Assembly: GCF_900079115.1 (NCBI RefSeq)
Contig: NZ_LT549890.1
Span: 240,001 to 272,000 of the forward strand
Reading direction: 5' to 3'
Length of the DNA stretch: 32,000 nucleotides
Source of the DNA: Saccharolobus solfataricus
GTDB taxonomy: Archaea; Thermoproteota; Thermoprotei_A; Sulfolobales; Sulfolobaceae
Part shown: piece by piece, positions 28,169 through 32,000 of the stretch
How the letters are laid out: every line of letters starts with the position of its first letter
Position numbering within the stretch: position 1 is the first letter of the stretch
Translations under genes and position numbers: made by a program
Notes under the pieces: generated by a model
Databases searched by the model: none
What the model was told of the DNA's origin: nothing
What the model saw: only the letters and a program-made list of their open reading frames with translations

Positions 28169-28963
28169 ATGGAAGTGCAGATTTTTACTCATAAAAACTG
28201 TGTAGAATGTAACATGCTTCTTGAGTATCTAGAGAATAAAGGACTATTGGGTAAAGTAAAAATCATTGATACCGAATTATATCCATTTTTAGCTTTCGAA
28301 AAAGGTGTAATTTCAACACCGTCCATTTTTATTGATGGGAAGTTGGTATATGCTGGTATTGTAGATTTTGAGGAGTTTGAAAGAATTTTAAGTGGGCAAA
28401 AGGTGACTAAACAAATAGATAAGGCTAGTTTGGTTGAAAAATTGATGCTTGGAATAGTGGATTCTTTTGCAGCAACAGCTTGGTTATATATTAACCGCGA
28501 CTTTGATTCGTTTTTGGCTCAAAAGGATTTCGTAATGGCAGTAACTGGATTATCACTTTTGGACGAGAGGGAAGGGGATGAATACTATAATTACCTGAGA
28601 AATGTGATGGTAAAAGAAGGAGATAGGTATTTGGAGGAATGGAAACCTAGAATGCTAAGGAATATATCGTCTAATTTCATTAGGGAAATATTTTGGCTAT
28701 ATGAGAGAAAAATAAGTAAGGAAACACTCACGCAGAAATATCCAGTAGAAGTTTTCGCCCATTGGTTGATGATAAGAAGTGGTGCAGTAGGAAGAGTGGG
28801 TCTAAGAATCTATCCACTTTCTGACTCCACTGTAATGAAAAGGGTATTAGAGGCATACAATTTCATGTTAGAGAATTACGATGAGATATTTAATAAGGTT
28901 CAAAAAGAACAAATGGAGCTCAAGACTAAAAACAAAGAGCAAGTAAGGTATTTGCAACTTTAA
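28169..28963 (+). CDS. thioredoxin-fold (glutaredoxin-like, CVEC) domain fused to an uncharacterised ~190-aa C-terminal domain
   Basis: The N-terminal about 75 aa (VQIFTHKNCVECNMLLEYL...ISTPSIFIDGKLVYAG..FEEFERIL) match small archaeal thioredoxin/glutaredoxin-like proteins. The remainder has no motif I recognise. ATG 28169 lies 7 nt after the XPD stop. The ORF track lists 28139. Confidence 0.65.
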   Translation: MEVQIFTHKNCVECNMLLEYLENKGLLGKVKIIDTELYPFLAFEKGVISTPSIFIDGKLVYAGIVDFEEFERILSGQKVTKQIDKASLVEKLMLGIVDSFAATAWLYINRDFDSFLAQKDFVMAVTGLSLLDEREGDEYYNYLRNVMVKEGDRYLEEWKPRMLRNISSNFIREIFWLYERKISKETLTQKYPVEVFAHWLMIRSGAVGRVGLRIYPLSDSTVMKRVLEAYNFMLENYDEIFNKVQKEQMELKTKNKEQVRYLQL

Positions 28964-29167
28964 AACCTAACCATTAAAGCTATGCTTTGTGGACTTGTAA
29001 AATTTTAGCAAACATTTAAGATATCTCACAAGCCTAAATTGTAGGCCTTGAGATTAATTGAAAGGGAAGATAATAGTGGTTTAGTGTAAAAATATTCAAC
29101 AGATTAACTACGCATTAAAGCTAAAAGTGTTTTAAACTTTTTAATCTCAGTTAAAATAACTCATTTT

Positions 29168-29386
29168 ATGGAGAAATTAGATCTTAGGGGAAAGCCTTGT
29201 GAAGAATTTATTCTAGAGATTTCAAAATACCTAGTAGCAATGAAAGTAGGTGATAGTATATTAATACTAACTGATAAAGACAGAGTCCTCTGTACTCATC
29301 AACTTCTAAGAAATGCTCCTAGATATCTTTTTAAAGCAGATCTAGTAGACGATCATGCGGAAATTACTATAAAAAGACTAAGATAG
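29168..29386 (+). CDS. TusA/SirA-like small protein (divergent)
   Basis: 72 aa. [13 protein letters not shown] resembles the TusA LDxRGxxCPxP active-site segment but lacks the prolines. A TATA-like ctttttaatc lies about 24-33 nt upstream of the ATG. Confidence 0.5.
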   Translation: MEKLDLRGKPCEEFILEISKYLVAMKVGDSILILTDKDRVLCTHQLLRNAPRYLFKADLVDDHAEITIKRLR

Positions 29387-29390
29387 AGAA

Positions 29391-31313
29391 CTATCTCATG
29401 TAACAAATTGAGTCATTAACAACTCTTAAGTTCGTACCCTTTTCTTGAAGTACCAGATCTATGAACTTACCATAATCTAAGGCTATCCCCAACTCGCTGA
29501 GTTTTATACATCCCTCTTCTATTACTTTTTGCAAGATGAGATCATAGTTATCGTTAATCAAATTAATAACATCGGCAATTTCACTCTTATGTGCTATTAT
29601 GCTAGACAAATCTTGAATTACTTGGAAAGATGAGGATAACGTCTCTATTCTCTTACATATTGGCTTAGTGGAGTCGTTTATTTCTTTCTCAAGTAAGTTA
29701 ATAAGATCAAATTCTTTATATCTACTTAATGAAGGTATCTCATTCTTGATGTATTCGTATTCCTCTTTAACTTTAGCTAACACAATAGAAGCTGTTTTTA
29801 AGCCTTGTTCTAAAAATTCTTTACTTTTTACCACAAATATAGCTGGTTTTTCATCACTAAGCTTTATTATGTTTTTCAACAATTCTTGATTTGCATTTAA
29901 ATTAAGTGAATTAGATAGCTGTAAAAACTTTAGCATCAGTTCTGTACAAGTTTTGCAAGTTTCTAAATTTTCTTTATTAAGTAACCTATTAAAATACTTG
30001 ATTGACATTTCTATATTAAATCTTATATCAGTTATTTCGTTATTATACTTCTTGCCTAATAACAACTCTAATGAATTATATATAGATTCGATATATTTAT
30101 ACAATATTTGGACATTTACATTTACTCTAGATAGTAATTTTCTTATCTTAATTACTCCTTCATCATTAATTTTTATAGCTTCAGATAATGGTTCTATTTT
30201 ATCTAACACGATACCATAATTTTTAATTTCATCTACGATTTCATTATATCGTGAAATTTGATCGAAGAGATAATCATTAATACTTCTCTCTAACTCTAAT
30301 CTTTTAGCGTTTAATTCCAGCTCGAGATTTTGCAAAGTCTTCATATCAGATATATTTTCTAGATTACTTGAAATATCAGCAAAGAACTTATTATACTTTT
30401 GAATTAAAGGAGTTAGTTCTATATCATTAGTATCCTTTATAACTAATTTTATCTTTTCTAGTACTCCTTTTAGTTCATCTAGATTTTCAATAATTCTTTT
30501 TCTTGTATCAACTAATTCTTTTTTAATATAAAAATTGGCTTTAATCAGTGATACTATAGAAGGAATTATATTTAAAATTATCGTTAATAACCCAGTTAAG
30601 GTTATTATTTCTAAAGCCTGACCATTTAGATAAAGAAAGATAGAAAGTGGAATACTTCCAATTAAACTATATAGTTGACTTATACCAAATAATATACCAG
30701 CTGCTAGAGCTAATATAATAGATACCCAGAGCGAATAGTTATGTAATATGTATGATGTTGTGTTGTAGCTTAAAATGCTAGGTACTATTAGTATTAGTAG
30801 AGGTAATACGGAAAGAATATTTACTGTAATTCTACTATTCTTTTCAGCAATTCCAAACGGTAAAAACAATAGAAAGAAAGGATTATATATTGATAAAAGT
30901 ATAGAACTAGATGTTATTACACCTCCTATGGAACTATATTTTAAAATAGAAAATAGCGGGATTATGAATATAAAAATTAATGCTACCAGTAATTCTATTA
31001 GATATTCAATTGAGTAGCCTTGAATCAGAGGTAATAATGTAATATTGTATAATGTCTTAAAAACTACTGCACTTTCTATAATATATATCGCTAAAAATAT
31101 TATAGAAAGAGGTTTGTAGAAGAAAAATGAAATTACTGAGATAATAGCTATAACAAAATACACGTAATCAATAGGTAAAAACGAAAAGAAGATTTTGTAT
31201 GACAGAATTGCATTAATAACTGCAACTATTACTCTATTTATATATTCATATACAATATCACTATTTGCCTCCATGTTCTTTATAAACATACTTAGAATAA
31301 TATTATCTCTCAA
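29391..31313 (-). CDS. large membrane protein: N-terminal polytopic domain (~260 aa) plus long C-terminal helical / coiled-coil-like domain
   Basis: 640-aa ORF. Residues about 20-260 form at least 8 hydrophobic helices. Residues about 265-640 are N/K/E/I/L-rich with heptad-like periodicity. No catalytic motif recognised. Confidence 0.7.
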   Translation of the reverse strand: MRDNIILSMFIKNMEANSDIVYEYINRVIVAVINAILSYKIFFSFLPIDYVYFVIAIISVISFFFYKPLSIIFLAIYIIESAVVFKTLYNITLLPLIQGYSIEYLIELLVALIFIFIIPLFSILKYSSIGGVITSSSILLSIYNPFFLLFLPFGIAEKNSRITVNILSVLPLLILIVPSILSYNTTSYILHNYSLWVSIILALAAGILFGISQLYSLIGSIPLSIFLYLNGQALEIITLTGLLTIILNIIPSIVSLIKANFYIKKELVDTRKRIIENLDELKGVLEKIKLVIKDTNDIELTPLIQKYNKFFADISSNLENISDMKTLQNLELELNAKRLELERSINDYLFDQISRYNEIVDEIKNYGIVLDKIEPLSEAIKINDEGVIKIRKLLSRVNVNVQILYKYIESIYNSLELLLGKKYNNEITDIRFNIEMSIKYFNRLLNKENLETCKTCTELMLKFLQLSNSLNLNANQELLKNIIKLSDEKPAIFVVKSKEFLEQGLKTASIVLAKVKEEYEYIKNEIPSLSRYKEFDLINLLEKEINDSTKPICKRIETLSSSFQVIQDLSSIIAHKSEIADVINLINDNYDLILQKVIEEGCIKLSELGIALDYGKFIDLVLQEKGTNLRVVNDSICYMR

Positions 31314-31345
31314 AGATATATATGGTTTACTAGCTTTAGTAAGTT

Positions 31346-31356
31346 AAAGATATAAA
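31346..31356 (+). promoter_or_regulatory. TATA box of the superoxide dismutase gene (likely leaderless transcript)
   Basis: aaagatataaa is centred about 27 nt upstream of ATG 31378. Confidence 0.45.
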
Positions 31357-31377
31357 CGGTTCTTCATATCTATACCT

Positions 31378-32000
31378 ATGACTCTCCAAATTCAGTTTAA
31401 AAAGTACGAGCTACCTCCATTACCCTACAAGATAGATGCATTAGAACCGTATATAAGTAAAGATATAATTGATGTACATTATAACGGACATCATAAAGGC
31501 TATGTAAATGGAGCAAATTCACTCCTAGAAAGACTAGAAAAAGTAGTAAAAGGAGATTTACAAACAGGGCAATATGATATTCAAGGTATTATACGTGGTC
31601 TTACGTTTAACATTAATGGACACAAGTTACACGCCTTGTATTGGGAAAATATGGCACCAAGTGGAAAAGGTGGTGGAAAACCTGGTGGTGCACTAGCAGA
31701 CTTAATAAACAAGCAATATGGTAGTTTTGATAGGTTTAAGCAAGTATTTACTGAAACTGCTAATTCACTACCCGGGACTGGTTGGGCTGTTCTCTATTAC
31801 GATACTGAGTCTGGCAATTTGCAAATTATGACGTTCGAAAATCACTTCCAAAATCATATAGCGGAAATACCAATAATATTAATACTAGATGAGTTCGAGC
31901 ATGCGTACTATCTTCAGTATAAGAACAAGAGAGCTGATTACGTTAATGCTTGGTGGAATGTAGTAAATTGGGATGCAGCGGAAAAGAAGTTACAGAAATA
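31378..32000 (+). CDS. sod: Fe/Mn-family superoxide dismutase (3'-truncated by the window end)
   Basis: Not in the ORF track because it runs off the window. My translation gives [43 protein letters not shown]...[20 protein letters not shown]...WNVVNWD, with the canonical SOD metal ligands (H..H, D..H). Confidence 0.95.
   Translation, partial: MTLQIQFKKYELPPLPYKIDALEPYISKDIIDVHYNGHHKGYVNGANSLLERLEKVVKGDLQTGQYDIQGIIRGLTFNINGHKLHALYWENMAPSGKGGGKPGGALADLINKQYGSFDRFKQVFTETANSLPGTGWAVLYYDTESGNLQIMTFENHFQNHIAEIPIILILDEFEHAYYLQYKNKRADYVNAWWNVVNWDAAEKKLQK

Noticed and set aside
28972-29123. 11-nt direct repeat cattaaagcta (28972-28982 and 29113-29123) and an imperfect hairpin caagcctaaattgtaggccttg (29029-29050) in the 200-bp spacer upstream of the TusA-like gene
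   Set aside because: The repeat is short and AT-rich, so a chance match is plausible. The hairpin has a bulge and no flanking T-run. I could not support an sRNA or a regulatory site from sequence alone.

Overview
This is an AT-rich crenarchaeal chromosome segment. Gene content and protein sequences look like the Sulfolobales, Saccharolobus/Sulfolobus solfataricus-islandicus group. From memory, the gene order matches the S. solfataricus P2 locus that runs from thermosome beta to XPD and SOD; I could not verify this here. The window is almost entirely tightly packed core genes.

Gene content, left to right:
- (i) Thermosome beta, convergent with a membrane-anchored HerA/VirB4-like ATPase (CedB-like) and a 121-aa partner.
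- (ii) A minus-strand cluster: ABCE1, then FBP aldolase/phosphatase, eS17 and a Urm1-like Gly-Gly modifier.
- (iii) Two nearly identical tRNA-Arg genes (CCG; TCT with a 15-nt intron) in inverted orientation. They bracket an orphan SSV-type integrase N-terminal fragment, an AbrB-like ORF and a Pho84-like MFS transporter.
- (iv) A long minus-strand information-processing run: E1-like enzyme, flippase-like membrane protein, RecJ/Cdc45-like protein, Pcc1, uL16 (L10e), Dph2, Csl4, RpoL, orf90 and TFS.
- (v) A gapless 10-gene plus-strand aromatic amino-acid operon: split transketolase, CM/PDH, DAHP synthase, aroB, aroE, aroC, aroK (GHMP type), aroA and aroD.
- (vi) A Rieske protein, an orf97-XPD-thioredoxin-fold fusion operon, a TusA-like protein, a 640-aa membrane/coiled-coil protein and a 3'-truncated Fe-SOD.

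I saw no CRISPR array, rRNA gene or intact IS element.

The most noteworthy items are:
- the decayed integrated-element scar at tRNA-Arg(CCG) and the inverted tRNA pair around it;
- the CedB-like ATPase module;
- the split Urm1 / E1-like pair;
- the uncharacterised genes co-operonic with XPD.

I found no convincing evidence for a wholly new multi-gene system. All candidates are flagged as inference.
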